The notes beneath the pieces were generated by a model. The model made no database searches. It had not been told where the DNA came from and worked only from the letters and a program-made list of their open reading frames with translations. This document shows positions 12,801 to 27,800 of a stretch of 64,000 nucleotides of DNA, in pieces; the first letter of the stretch is position 1, and the number at the start of each line of letters is the position of its first letter. Source of the DNA: Nemertoderma westbladi (lineage: Eukaryota > Animalia > Xenacoelomorpha); contig JAUCBJ010000579.1 of NCBI GenBank assembly GCA_032718475.1, positions 40,614-104,613 of the forward strand, written 5' to 3'. Position numbers and translations under genes: made by a program.

Positions 12801-15800
12801 GAGAAAGGGCAGGGAAGATTGCGTTACAGGTGGTGTGGATGTACACGGAATGGAGAAAGGGCAGGGAAGATTCCGTCACAGGGGTGGTGTGGATGTACAC
12901 GGGATGGAGAAAGGGCAGGGAAGATTGCGTTACAGGTGGTGTGGATGTACACGGGGATGGAGAAGGGGCAGGGAAGATTGCGTTACCGGTGGTGTGGATG
13001 TACACGGGTTGGAGAAAGGGCAGGGAAGATTGCGTTACCGGTGGTGTGGCTGTACACGGGATGGAGAAAGGGCTGGGAAGATTGCGTTACCGGTGGTGTG
13101 GCTGTACACGGGATGGAGAAAGGGCAGGGAAGATTGCGTTACCGGTGGTGTGGCTGTACACGGGGATGGAGAAAGGGCAGGGAAGATTGCGTTACAGGTG
13201 GTGTGGCTGTACACGGGGATGGAGAAAGGGCAGGGAAGATTGCGTTACAGGTGGTGTGGCTGTACACGGGGATGGAGAAAGGGCAGGGAAGATTGCGTTA
13301 CAGGTGGTGTGGATGTACACGGGGATGGAGAAAGGGCAGGGAAGATTGCGTTACAGGTGGTGTGGCTGTACACGGGATGGAGAAAGGGCAGGGAAGATTG
13401 CGTTACCGGTGGTGTGGATGTACACGGGTTGGAGAAAGGGCAGGGAAGATTGCGTTACAGGTGGTGTGGATGTACACGGGGATGGAGAAAGGGCAGGGAA
13501 GATTGCGTTACCGGTGGTGTGGATGTACACGGGGATGGAGAAAGGGCAGGGAAGATTGCGTTACCGGTGGTGTGGATGTACACGGGGATGGAGAAAGGGC
13601 AGGGAAGATTGCGTTACCGGTGGTGTGGATGTACACGGGTTGGAGAAAGGGCAGGGAAGATTGCGTTACAGGTGGTGTGGCTGTACACGGAATGGAGAAA
13701 GGGCAGGGAAGATTCCGTCACAGGGGTGGTGTGGATGTACACGGGATGGAGAAAGGGCAGGGAAGATTGCGTTACAGGTGGTGTGGATGTACACGGGGAT
13801 GGAGAAAGGGCAGGGAAGATTGCGTTACCGGTGGTGTGGATGTACACGGGGATGGAGAAAGGGCAGGGAAGATTGCGTTACAGGTGGTATGGATGTACAC
13901 GGGATGGAGAAAGGGCAGGGAAGATTGCGTTACAGGTGGTGTGGCTGTACACGGGGATGGAGAAAGGGCAGGGAAGATTGCGTTAAGGTGGTGTGGCTGT
14001 ACACGGGGATGGAGAAAGGGCAGGGAAGATTGCGTTACAGGTGGTGTGGCTGTACACGGGATGGAGAAAGGGCAGGGAAGATTGCGTTACCGGTGGTGTG
14101 GATGTACACAGGTTGGAGAAAGGGCAGGGAAGATTGCGTTACAGGTGGTGTGGATGTACACGGGATGGAGAAAGGGCAGGGAAGATTGCGTTACAGGTGG
14201 TATGGATGTACACGGGATGGAGAAAGGGCAGGGAAGATTGCGTTACAGGTGGTATGGATGTACACGGGATGGAGAAAGGGCAGGGAAGATTGCGTTACAG
14301 GTGGTGTGGATGTACACGGGATGGAGAAAGGACAGGGAAGATTGCGTTACAGGTGGTGTGGATGTACACGGGATGGAGAAAGGGCAGGGAAGATTGCGTT
14401 ACAGGTGGTATGGATGTACACGGGATGGAGAAAGGGCAGGGAAGATTGCGTTACAGGTGGTGTGGATGTACACGGGATGGAGAAAGGACAGGGAAGATTG
14501 CGTTACAGGTGGTGTGGATGTACACGGGATGGAGAAAGGGCAGGGAAGATTGCGTTACAGGTGGTGTGGATGTACACGGGATGGAGAAAGGGCAGGGAAG
14601 ATTGCGTTACAGGTGGTATGGATGTACACGGGATGGAGAAAGGGCAGGGAAGATTGCGTTACAGGTGGTGTGGCTGTACACGGGATGGAGAAAGGACAGG
14701 GAAGATTGCGTTACAGGTGGTGTGGATGTACACGGGATGGAGAAAGGGCAGGGAAGATTGCGTTACAGGTGGTGTGGATGTACACGGGGATGGAGAAAGG
14801 GCAGGGAAGATTGCGTTACAGGTGGTGTGGATGTACACGGGGATGGAGAAAGGGCAGGGAAGATTGCGTTACAGGTGGTGTGGATGTACACGGGGATGGA
14901 GAAAGGGCAGGGAAGATTGCGTTACAGGTGGTGTGGATGTACACGGGATGGATAAAGGGCAGAGAAGATTGCGTTACAGGTGGTGTGGATGTACACGGGA
15001 TGGAGAAAGGGCAGGGAAGATTGCGTTACAGGTGGTGTGGATGTACACGGGATGGAGAAAGGGCAGGGAAGATTGCGTTACAAGTGGTGTGGATGTAAGT
15101 ACACGGGATGGAGAAAGGGCAGGGAAGATTGCGTTACAGGTGGTGTGGATGTACACGGGATGGAGAAAGGGCAGGGAAGATTGCGTTACAGGTGGTGTGG
15201 ATGTACACGGGATGGAGAAAGGGCAGGGAAGATTGCGTTAAGGTGGTGTGGATGTACACGGGGATGGATAAAGGGCAGAGAAGATTGCGTTACAGGTGGT
15301 GTGGATGTACACGGGGACGGAGAGAAAGGGCAGGGAAGATTGCGTTACAGGAGGTGTGGATGTACACGGGATGGAGAAAGGGCAGGGAAGATTGCGTTAC
15401 AAGTGGTGTGGAAGTACACGGGCCGGAGAAAGGGCAGGGAAGATCCCGTTACAGGTGGTGTGGAAGTACACGGGATGGAGAAAGGGCAGGGAAGATTGCG
15501 TTACAGGTGGTGTGGATGTACACGGGATGGAGAAAGGGCAGGGAAGATCCCGTTACAGGTGGTGTGGAAGTACACGGGATGGAGAAAGGGCAGGGAAGAT
15601 TGCGTTACAGGTGGTGTGGATGTACACGGGATGGAGAAAGGGCAGGGAAGATTGCGTTACAGGTGGTGTGGAAGTACACGGGCCGGAGAAAGGGCAGGGA
15701 AGATCCCGTTACAGGTGGTGTGGAAGTACACGGGATGGAGAAAGGGCAGGGAAGATTGCGTTACAGGTGGTGTGGATGTACACGGGATGGAGAAAGGGCA

Positions 15801-18800
15801 GGGAAGATTGCGTTACAGGTGGTGTGGATGTACACGGGATGGATAAAGGGCAGGGAAGATTCCGTTACAGGTGGTCTGGATGTTCACGGGATGGAGAAAG
15901 GGCAGGGAAGATTGCGTTACAGTTGGTGTGGATGTACACGGGATGGAGAAAGGGCAGGGAAGATTGCGTTACAGGTGGTGTGGATGTACACGGGATGGAG
16001 AAAGGGCAGGGAAGATTCCGTTACAGGGGTGGTGTGGCTGTACACGGGGATGGAGAAAGGGCAGGGAAGATTGCGTTACAGGTGGTGTGGATGTACACGG
16101 GATGGAGAAAGGGCAGGGAAGATTGCGTTACAGGTGGTGTGGATGTACACGGGATGGAGAAAGGGCAGGGAAGATCCCGTTACAGGTGGTGTGGAAGTAC
16201 ACGGGATGGAGAAAGGGCAGGGAAGATTGCGTTACAGGTGGTGTGGATGTACACGGGATGGAGAAAGGGCAGGGAAGATTGCGTTACAGGTGGTGTGGAA
16301 GTACACGGGCCGGAGAAAGGGCAGGGAAGATCCCGTTACAGGTGGTGTGGAAGTACACGGGATGGAGAAAGGGCAGGGAAGATTGCGTTACAGGTGGTGT
16401 GGATGTACACGGGATGGAGAAAGGGCAGGGAAGATTGCGTTACAGGTGGTGTGGATGTACACGGGATGGATAAAGGGCAGGGAAGATTCCGTTACAGGTG
16501 GTCTGGATGTTCACGGGATGGAGAAAGGGCAGGGAAGATTGCGTTACAGTTGGTGTGGATGTACACGGGATGGAGAAAGGGCAGGGAAGATTGCGTTACA
16601 GGTGGTGTGGATGTACACGGGATGGAGAAAGGGCAGGGAAGATTCCGTTACAGGGGTGGTGTGGCTGTACACGGGGATGGAGAAAGGGCAGGGAAGATTG
16701 CGTTACAGGTGGTGTGGATGTACACGGGATGGAGAAAGGGCAGGGAAGATTGCGTTACAGGTGGTGTGGCTGTACACGGGATGGAGAAAGGGCAGGGAAG
16801 ATTGCGTTACAGGTGGTGTGGATGTACACGGGATGGAGAAAGGGCAGGGAAGATTGCGTTACAGGTGGTGTGGATGTACACGGGATGGAGAAAGGGCAGG
16901 GAAGATTCCGTTACAGGGGTGGTGTGGCTGTACACAGGGATGGAGAATGGGCAGGGAAGATTGCGTTACAGGGGGTGTGGAAGTACACGGGACGGAGAAA
17001 GGGCAGGGAAGATCCCGTTACAGGTGGTGTGGATGTACACGGGTTGGAGAAAGGGTAGGGAAGATTCCGTTACAGGTGGTGTGGATGTACACGGGTTGGA
17101 GAAAGGGCAGGGAAGATTGCGTTACCGGTGGTGTGGATGTACACGGGATGGAGAAAGGGCAGGGAAGATTGCGTTACAGGTGGTGTGGATGTACACGGGG
17201 ATGGAGAAAGGGCAGGGAAGATCCCGTTACAGGTGGTGTGGATGTACACGGGATGGAGAAAGGGCAGGGAAGATTGCGTTACAGGTGGTGTGGATGTACA
17301 CGGGGATGGAGAAAGGGCAGGGAAGATCCCGTTACAGGTGGTGTGGATGTACACGGGTTGGAGAAAGGGCAGGGAAGATTGCGTTACAGGTGGTGTGGAT
17401 GTACACGGGATGGAGAAAGGGCAGGGAAGATTGCGTTACAGGTGGTGTGGATGTACACGGGGATGGAGAAAGGGCAGGGAAGATCCCGTTACAGGTGGTG
17501 TGGATGTACACGGGTTGGAGAAAGGGCAGGGAAGATTCCGTTACAGGTGGTGTGGATGTACACGGGTTGGAGAAAGGGCAGGGAAGATTGCGTTACCGGT
17601 GGTGTGGATGTACACGGGATGGAGAAAGGGCAGGGAAGATTGCGTTACAGGTGGTGTGGATGTACACGGGGATGGAGAAAGGGCAGGGAAGATCCTGTTA
17701 CAGGTGGTGTGGATGTACACGGGATGGAGAAAGGGCAGGGAAGATTGCGTTACAAGTGGTGTGGATGTAAGTACACGGGATGGAGAAAGGGCAGGGAAGA
17801 TTGCGTTACAGGTGGTGTGGATGTACACGGGATGGAGAAAGGGCAGGGAAGATTGCGTTACAGGTGGTGTGGATGTACACGGGATGGATAAAGGGCAGGG
17901 AAGATTCCGTTACAGGTGGTCTGGATGTTCACGGGATGGAGAAAGGGCAGGGAAGATTGCGTTACAGTTGGTGTGGATGTACACGGGATGGAGAAAGGGC
18001 AGGGAAGATTGCGTTACAGGTGGTGTGGATGTACACGGGATGGAGAAAGGGCAGGGAAGATTCCGTTACCGGTGGTGTGGCTGTACACGGGATGGAGAAA
18101 GGGCAGGGAAGATTGCGTTACAGGTGGTGTGGATGTACACGGGATGGAGAAAGGGCAGGGAAGATTGCGTTACAGGTGGTGTGGATGTACACGGGATGGA
18201 TAAAGGGCAGGGAAGATTCCGTTACAGGTGGTCTGGATGTTCACGGGATGGAGAAAGGGCAGGGAAGATTGCGTTACATGTGGTGTGGATGTACACGGGA
18301 TGGATAAAGGGCAGGGAAGATTCCGTTACAGGTGGTCTGGATGTTCACGGGATGGAGAAAGGGCAGGGAAGATTCCGTTACAGGTGGTCTGGATGTTCAC
18401 GGGATGGAGAAAGGGCAGGGAAGATTACGTTACAGGTGGTGTGGATGTACACGGGATGGAGAAAGGGCAGGGAAGATTCCGTTACAGGGGTGGTGTGGAT
18501 GTACACGGGATGGAGAAAGGGCAGGGAAGATTGCGTTACAGGTGGTGTGGATGTACACGGGATGGAGAAAGGGCAGGGAAGATTGCGTTACAGGTGGTGT
18601 GGATGTACACGGGATGGAGAAAGGGCAGGGAAGATTCCGTTACAGGGGTGGTGTGGATGTACACGGGATGGAGAAAGGGCAGGGAAGATTGCGTTACAGG
18701 TGGTGTGGCTGTACACAGGGATGGAGAATGGGCAGGGAAGATTGCGTTACAGGGGGTGTGGAAGTACACGGGACGGAGAAAGGGCAGGGAAGATCCCGTT

Positions 18801-21800
18801 ACAGGTGGTGTGGAAGTACACGGGACGGAGAAAGGGCAGGGAAGATTCCGTTACAGGTGGTGTGGATGTACACGGGGATGGAGAAAGGGCAGGGAAGATT
18901 GCGTTACAGGTGGTGTGGCTGTACAAGGGGATGGAGAAAGGGCAGGGAAGATTGCGTTACAGGGGTGTGGAAGTACACGGGACGGAGAAAGGGCAGGGAA
19001 GATTCCGTTACAGGTGGTGTGGAAGTACACGGGACGGAGAAAGGGCAGGGAAGATTCCGTTACAGGTGGTGTGGATGTTCACGGGGATGGAGAAAGGGCA
19101 GAGAAGATTGCGTAACAGGTGGTGTGGATGTACACGGGGTGGAGAAAGGGCAGGGAAGATTGCGTTACAGGTGGTGTGCATGTACACGGGATGGAGAAAG
19201 GGCAGGGAAGATTGCGTTACAGGTGGTGTGGATGTACACGGGATGGAGAAAGGGCAGGGAAGATTGCGTTAGAGGTGGTGTGGATGTACACGGGGACGGA
19301 GAAAGGACAGGGAAGATTGCGTTACAGGTGGTGTGGATGTACACGGGATGGAGAAAGGGCAGGGAAGATTCCGTTACAGGGGTGGTGTGGCTGTACACAG
19401 GGATGGAGAATGGGCAGGGAAGATTGCGTTACAGGGGGTGTGGAAGTACACGGGCCGGAGAAAGGGCAGGGAAGATCCCGTTACAGGTGGTGTGGAAGTA
19501 CACGGGACGGAGAAAGGGCAGGGAAGATTCCGTTACAGGTGGTGTGGATGTACACGGGATGGAGAAAGGGCAGGGAAGATTCCGTTACAGGTGGTGTGGA
19601 TGTACACGGGGATGGAGAAAGGGCAGGGAAGATTGCGTTACAGGTGGTGTGGATGTACACGGGATGGAGAAAGGGCAGGGAAGATTGCGTTACAGGTGGT
19701 GTGGAAGTACACGGGGATGGAGAAAGGGCAGGGAAGATTGCGTTACAAGTGGTGTGGAAGTACACGGGCCGGAGAAAGGGCAGGGAAGATTGCGTTACAG
19801 GTGGTGTGGATGTACACGGGATGGAGAAAGGGCAGGGAAGATTGCGTTACAGGTGGTGTGGAAGTACACGGGGATGGAGAAAGGGCAGGGAAGATCCCGT
19901 TACAGGTGGTGTGGAAGTACACGGGATGGAGAAAGGGCAGGTAAGATTGCGTTACAGGTGGTGTGGAAGTACACGTGGATGGAGAAAGGGCAGGGAAGAT
20001 TGCGTTACCGGTGGTGTGGCTGTACACGGGATGGAGAAAGGGCAGGGAAGATTGCGTTACAGGTGGTGTGGATGTACACGGGATGGAGAAAGGGCAGGGA
20101 AGATTGCGTTAGAGGTGGTGTGGATGTACACGGGATGGAGAAAGGACAGGGAAGATTGCGTTACAGGTGGTGTGGATGTACACGGGATGGAGAAAGGGCA
20201 GGGAAGATTGCGTTACAGGTGGTGTGGCTGTACACAGGGATGGAGAATGGGCAGGGAAGATTGCGTTACAGGGGGTGTGGAAGTACACGGGCCGGAGAAA
20301 GGGCAGGGAAGATCCCGTTACAGGTGGTGTGGAAGTACACGGGACGGAGAAAGGGCAGGGAAGATTCCGTTACAGGTGGTGTGGATGTACACGGGGATGG
20401 AGAAAGGGCAGGGAAGATTGCGTTACAGGTGGTGTGGCTGTACACGGGGATGGAGAAAGGGCAGGGAAGATTCCGTTACAGGTGGTGTGGAAGTACACGG
20501 GCCGGAGAAAGGGCAGGGAAGATCCCGTTACAGGTGGTGTGGAAGTACACGGGACGGAGAAAGGGCAGGGAAGATTCCGTTACAGGTGGTGTGGATGTAC
20601 ACGGGGATGGAGAAAGGGCAGGGAAGATTGCGTTACAGGTGGTGTGGCTATATACGGGGACGGAGAAAGGGCAGGGAAGATTCCGTTACAGGTGGTGTGG
20701 ATGTACACGGGGATGGAGAAAGGGCAGGGACGATTGCGTTACAGGTGGTGTGGAAGTACACGGGATGGAGAAAGGGCAGGGAAGTTTGCGTTACAGGTGG
20801 TGTGGATGTACACGGGATGGAGAAAGGGCAGGGAAGATTGCGTTACAGGTGGTGTGGAAGTACACGGGATGGAGAAAGGGCAGGGAAGTTTGCGTTACAG
20901 GTGGTGTGGATGTACACGGGATGGAGAAAGGGCAGGGAAGATTGCGTTACAGGTGGTGTGGAAGTACACGGGATGGAGAAAGGGCAGGGAAGATTCCGTT
21001 ACAGGTGGTGTGGATGTACACGGGATGGAGAAAGGGCAGGGAAGATTGCGTTACAGGTGGTGTGGAAGTACACGGGATGGAGAAAGGGCAGGGAAGATTG
21101 CGTTACAGGTGGTGTGGAAGTACACGGGATGGAGAAAGGGCAGGGAAGTTTGCGTTACAGGTGGTGTGGATGTACACGGGATGGAGAAAGGGCAGGGAAG
21201 ATTGCGTTACAGGTGGTGTGGAAGTACACGGGATGGAGAAAGGGCAGGGAAGTTTGCGTTACAGGTGGTGTGGATGTACACGGGATGGAGAAAGGGCAGG
21301 GAAGATTGCGTTACAGGTGGTGTGGAAGTACACGGGATGGAGAAAGGGCAGGGAAGTTTGCGTTACAGGTGGTGTGGCTATATACGGGGATGGAGAAAGG
21401 GCAGGGAAGATTGCGTTACAGGTGGTGTGGAAGTACACGGGACGGAGAAAGGGCAGGGAAGATTGCGTTACAGGTGGTGTGGCTGTACACGGGACGGAGA
21501 AAGGGCAGGGAAGATTGCGTTAGAGGTGGTGTGGATGTACACGGGGACGGAGAAAGGGCAGGGAAGATTGCGTTACAGGTGGTGTGGAAGTACACGGGGA
21601 CGGAGAAAGGGCAGGGAAGATTGCGTTACAGGTGGTGTGGAAGTACACGGGGACGGAGAAAGGGCAGGGAAGATTGCGTTACAGGTGGTGTGGAAGTACA
21701 CGGGGACGGAGAGAAAGGGCAGGGAAGATTGCGTTACAGGTGGTGTGGCTGTACACAGGGATGGAGAATGGGCAGGGAAGATTGCGTTACAGGTGGTGTG

Positions 21801-24800
21801 GCTGTACACGGGACGGAGAAAGGGCAGGGAAGATTGCGTTAGAGGTGGTGTGGATGTACACGGGGACGGAGAAAGGGCAGGGAAGATCCCGTTACAGGTG
21901 GTGTGGAAGTACACGGGACGGAGAAAGGGCAGGGAAGATTCCGTTACAGGTGGTGTGGATGTACACGGGGATGGAGAAAGGGCAGGGAAGATTGCGTTAC
22001 AGGTGGTGTGGCTGTACAAGGGGATGGAGAAAGGGCAGGGAAGATTGCGTTACAGGGGTGTGGAAGTACACGGGACGGAGAAAGGGCAGGGAAGATTCCG
22101 TTACAGGTGGTGTGGAAGTACACGGGACGGAGAAAGGGCAGGGAAGATTCCGTTACAGGTGGTGTGGATGTTCACGGGGATGGAGAAAGGGCAGAGAAGA
22201 TTGCGTAACAGGTGGTGTGGATGTACACGGGGTGGAGAAAGGGCAGGGAAGATTGCGTTACAGGTGGTGTGCATGTACACGGGATGGAGAAAGGGCAGGG
22301 AAGATTGCGTTACAGGTGGTGTGGATGTACACGGGATGGAGAAAGGGCAGGGAAGATTGCGTTAGAGGTGGTGTGGATGTACACGGGGACGGAGAAAGGA
22401 CAGGGAAGATTGCGTTACAGGTGGTGTGGATGTACACGGGATGGAGAAAGGGCAGGGAAGATTCCGTTACAGGGGTGGTGTGGCTGTACACAGGGATGGA
22501 GAATGGGCATGGAAGATTGCGTTACAGGGGGTGTGGAAGTACACGGGCCGGAGAAAGGGCAGGGAAGATCCCGTTACAGGTGGTGTGGAAGTACACGGGA
22601 CGGAGAAAGGGCAGGGAAGATTCCGTTACAGGTGGTGTGGATGTACACGGGATGGAGAAAGGGCAGGGAAGATTGCGTTACAGGTGGTGTGGATGTACAC
22701 GGGGATGGGGAAAGGGCAGGGAAGATTGCGTTACAGGTGGTGTGGATGTACACGGGATGGAGAAAGGACAGGGAAGATTGCGTTACAGGTGGTGTGGATG
22801 TACACGGGATGGAGAAAGGGCAGGGAAGATTGCGTTACAGGTGGTGTGGCTGTACACAGGGATGGAGAATGGGCAGGGAAGATTGCGTTACAGGGGGTGT
22901 GGAAGTACACGGGCCGGAGAAAGGGCAGGGAAGATCCCGTTACAGGTGGTGTGGAAGTACACGGGACGGAGAAAGGGCAGGGAAGATTGCGTTACAGGTG
23001 GTGTGGCTGTACACAGGGATGGAGAATGGGCAGGGAAGATTGCGTTACAGGGGGTGTGGAAGTACACGGGCCGGAGAAAGGGCAGGGAAGATCCCGTTAC
23101 AGGTGGTGTGGAAGTACACGGGATGGAGAAAGGGCAGGGAAGATTCCGTTACAGGTGGTGTGGCTGTACACGGGATGGAGAAAGGGCAGGGAAGATTGCG
23201 TTACAGGTGGTGTGGATGTACACGGGATGGAGAAAGGGCAGGGAAGATTGCGTTAGAGGTGGTGTGGATGTACACGGGATGGAGAAAGGACAGGGAAGAT
23301 TGCGTTACAGGTGGTGTGGATGTACACGGGATGGAGAAAGGGCAGGGAAGATTGCGTTACAGGTGGTGTGGCTGTACACAGGGATGGAGAATGGGCAGGG
23401 AAGATTGCGTTACAGGGGGTGTGGAAGTACACGGGCCGGAGAAAGGGCAGGGAAGATCCCGTTACAGGTGGTGTGGAAGTACACGGGACGGAGAAAGGGC
23501 AGGGAAGATTCCGTTACAGGTGGTGTGGATGTACACGGGGATGGAGAAAGGGCAGGGAAGATTGCGTTACAGGTGGTGTGGCTGTACACGGGGATGGAGA
23601 AAGGGCAGGGAAGATTGCATTACAGGGGTGGTGTGGATGTACACGGGATGGAGAAAGGGCAGGGAAGATTGCGTTACAGGTGGTGTGGAAGTACACGGGA
23701 TGGAGAAAGGGCAGGGAAGTTTGCGTTACAGGTGGTGTGGATGTACACGGGATGGAGAAAGGGCAGGGAAGATTGCGTTACAGGTGGTGTGGAAGTACAC
23801 GGGATGGAGAAAGGGCAGGGAAGATTGCGTTACAGGTGGTGTGGCTATATACGGGGATGGAGAAAGGGCAGGGAAGATTGCGTTACAGGTGGTGTGGAAG
23901 TACACGGGATGGAGAAAGGGCAGGGAAGATTGCGTTACAGGTGGTGTGGCTATATACGGGGATGGAGAAAGGGCAGGGAAGTTTGCGTTACAGGTGGTGT
24001 GGATGTACACGGGATGGAGAAAGGGCAGGGAAGATTGCGTTACAGGTGGTGTGGAAGTACACGGGATGGAGAAAGGGCAGGGAAGATTCCGTTACAGGTG
24101 GTGTGGATGTACACGGGGATGGAGAAAGGGCAGGGAAGATTGCGTTACAGGTGGTGTGGATGTACACGGGATGGAGAAAGGGCAGGGAAGATTGCGTTAC
24201 AGGTGGTGTGGAAGTACACGGGATGGAGAAAGGGCAGGGAAGTTTGCGTTACAGGTGGTGTGGATGTACACGGGATGGAGAAAGGGCAGGGAAGATTGCG
24301 TTACAGGTGGTGTGGAAGTACACGGGATGGAGAAAGGGCAGGGAAGATTGCGTTACAGGTGGTGTGGCTATATACGGGGATGGAGAAAGGGCAGGGAAGA
24401 TTGCGTTACAGGTGGTGTGGAAGTACACGGGACGGAGAAAGGGCAGGGAAGATTGCGTTACAGGTGGTGTGGCTGTACACGGGACGGAGAAAGGGCAGGG
24501 AAGATTGCGTTAGAGGTGGTGTGGATGTACACGGGGACGGAGAAAGGGCAGGGAAGATTGCGTTACAGGTGGTGTGGAAGTACACGGGGACGGAGAAAGG
24601 GCAGGGAAGATTGCGTTACAGGTGGTGTGGAAGTACACGGGGACGGAGAAAGGGCAGGGAAGATTGCGTTACAGGTGGTGTGGAAGTACACGGGGACGGA
24701 GAAAGGGCAGGGAAGATTGCGTTACAGGTGGTGTGGCTGTACACGGGACGGAGAAAGGGCAGGGAAGATTGCGTTAGAGGTGGTGTGGATGTACACGGGG

Positions 24801-27800
24801 ATGGAGAAAGGGCAGGGAAGTTTGCGTTACAGGTGGTGTGGCTATATACGGGGATGGAGAAAGGGCAGGGAAGATTGCGTTACAGGTGGTGTGGCTATAT
24901 ACGGGGATGGAGAAAGGGCAGGGAAGATTGCGTTACAGGTGGTGTGGAAGTACACGGGATGGAGAAAGGGCAGGGAAGATTGCGTTACAGGTGGTGTGGC
25001 TATATACGGGGATGGAGAAAGGGCAGGGAAGATTGCGTTACAGGTGGTGTGGAAGTACACGGGACGGAGAAAGGGCAGGGAAGATTGCGTTACAGGTGGT
25101 GTGGCTGTACACGGGACGGAGAAAGGGCAGGGAAGATTGCGTTAGAGGTGGTGTGGATGTACACGGGGACGGAGAAAGGGCAGGGAAGATTGCGTTACAG
25201 GTGGTGTGGAAGTACACGGGGACGGAGAAAGGGCAGGGAAGATTGCGTTACAGGTGGTGTGGAAGTACACGGGGACGGAGAAAGGGCAGGGAAGATTGCG
25301 TTACAGGTGGTGTGGAAGTACACGGGGACGGAGAAAGGGCAGGGAAGATTGCGTTACAGGTGGTGTGGCTGTACACGGGACGGAGAAAGGGCAGGGAAGA
25401 TTCCGTTACAGGTGGTGTGGATGTACACGGGGATGGAGAAAGGGCAGGGAAGATTGCGTTACAGGTGGTGTGGATGTACACGGGATGGAGAAAGGGCAGG
25501 GAAGATTGCGTTACAGGTGGTGTGGAAGTACACGGGATGGAGAAAGGGCAGGGAAGTTTGCGTTACAGGTGGTGTGGATGTACACGGGATGGAGAAAGGG
25601 CAGGGAAGATTGCGTTACAGGTGGTGTGGAAGTACACGGGATGGAGAAAGGGCAGGGAAGATTGCGTTACAGGTGGTGTGGCTATATACGGGGATGGAGA
25701 AAGGGCAGGGAAGATTGCGTTACAGGTGGTGTGGAAGTACACGGGACGGAGAAAGGGCAGGGAAGATTGCGTTACAGGTGGTGTGGCTGTACACGGGACG
25801 GAGAAAGGGCAGGGAAGATTGCGTTAGAGGTGGTGTGGATGTACACGGGGACGGAGAAAGGGCAGGGAAGATTGCGTTAGAGGTGGTGTGGATGTACACG
25901 GGGACGGAGAAAGGGCAGGGAAGATTGCGTTACAGGTGGTGTGGAAGTACACGGGGACGGAGAAAGGGCAGGGAAGATTGCGTTACAGGTGGTGTGGAAG
26001 TACACGGGGACGGAGAAAGGGCAGGGAAGATTGCGTTACAGGTGGTGTGGAAGTACACGGGGACGGAGAAAGGGCAGGGAAGATTGCGTTACAGGTGGTG
26101 TGGCTGTACACGGGACGGAGAAAGGGCAGGGAAGATTGCGTTAGAGGTGGTGTGGATGTACACGGGGATGGAGAAAGGGCAGGGAAGTTTGCGTTACAGG
26201 TGGTGTGGCTATATACGGGGATGGAGAAAGGGCAGGGAAGATTGCGTTACAGGTGGTGTGGAAGTACACGGGACGGAGAAAGGGCAGGGAAGATTGCGTT
26301 ACAGGTGGTGTGGCTGTACACGGGACGGAGAAAGGGCAGGGAAGATTGCGTTAGAGGTGGTGTGGATGTACACGGGGACGGAGAAAGGGCAGGGAAGATT
26401 GCGTTACAGGTGGTGTGGAAGTACACGGGGACGGAGAAAGGGCAGGGAAGATTGCGTTACAGGTGGTGTGGAAGTACACGGGGACGGAGAAAGGGCAGGG
26501 AAGATTGCGTTACAGGTGGTGTGGAAGTACACGGGGACGGAGAGAAAGGGCAGGGAAGATTGCGTTACAGGTGGTGTGGAAGTACACGGGGCGGAGAAAG
26601 GGCAGATAAGATTGCGTTACAGGTGGTGTGGAAGTACACGTGGATGGAGAAAGGGCAGGGAAGATTGCGTTACAGGTGGTGTGGCTGTACACGGGGATGG
26701 AGAAAGGGAAGGGAAGATTGCGTTTCAGGTGGTGTGGCTGTACACGGGGATGGAGAAAGGGCAGGGAAGATTGCGTTACAGGTGGTGTGGATGTACACGG
26801 GATGGAGAAAGGGCAGGGAAGATAGCGTTACAGGGGTGGTGTGGATGTATACGGGGATGACTTAGACTTACTTACTGTACATAAAATCATAAATCAAATT
26901 GCCAATAATTTTTCGCAGTAAATGTTAAGAAATCGACCGGGCTCGAGTTTAGCTTAAAAGTTAAAAGATTCACGAAGTCGTTATACAATAAAAATATCCC
27001 ATCCATTGGCATTGCGAGATTTTCAGTTTTCTCCGTTCTGATATTAGAGCCATATTGCCAAAATATGTGGTACCGGTACCATATATATTATAAACGCGAT
27101 CGCGAGATATAAATTCAACCATTTCAATATATTTCTAGCTCTGATTTTCATTTTAAAACGTCACGGATGGGACACGACACCATGATAGACTCTATTTAGT
27201 ACTTTCATCATCAGCTGATAATTCTTTGCAGAAACAGGAACTTCGTCGACGGAAACTCCCAAATGGATTGGGTTCGCCATTAAAACAAAACCACCCGATT
27301 ATCGCCCCTAAACAAACCGTAGTGAGGGTAGCTGGGAGTACGGCTACCGGTACGGTGCCTACAGCTAGCAGTACAACGGAGACCAACGGAAGGGAACAGG
27401 TCTGTAAACCACCCGATTATCGCCCCTAAACAAACCGTAGTGAGGGTAGCTGGGAGTACGGCTACCGGTACGGTGCCTACAGCTAGCAGTACAACGGAGA
27501 CCAACGGAAGGGAACAGGTCTGTAAACCACCCGATTATCGCCCCTAAACAAACCGTAGTGAGGGTAGCTGGGAGTACGGCTACCGGTACGGTGCCTACAG
27601 CTAGCAGTACAACGGAGACCAACGGAAGGGAACAGGTCTGTAAACCACCCGATTATCGCCCCTAAACAAACCGTAGTGAGGGTAGCTGGGAGTACGGCTA
27701 CCGGTACGGTGCCTACAGCTAGCAGTACAACGGAGACCAACGGAAGGGAACAGGTCTGTAAACCACCCGATTATCGCCCCTAAACAAACCGTAGTGAGGG

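Noticed and set aside
7103-26859. TTACAG|GT in each unit as recursive splice sites
   Set aside because: The upstream sequence is purine-rich with no polypyrimidine tract, and many units carry ACCGGT instead.
7078-26865. Huge ORFs (up to 2714 aa) in all three + frames
   Set aside because: They are translations of a stop-free 52/53-bp satellite. Frames interchange with 1-bp unit indels, so there is no sign of coding constraint, and the region lies in a lin54 intron.
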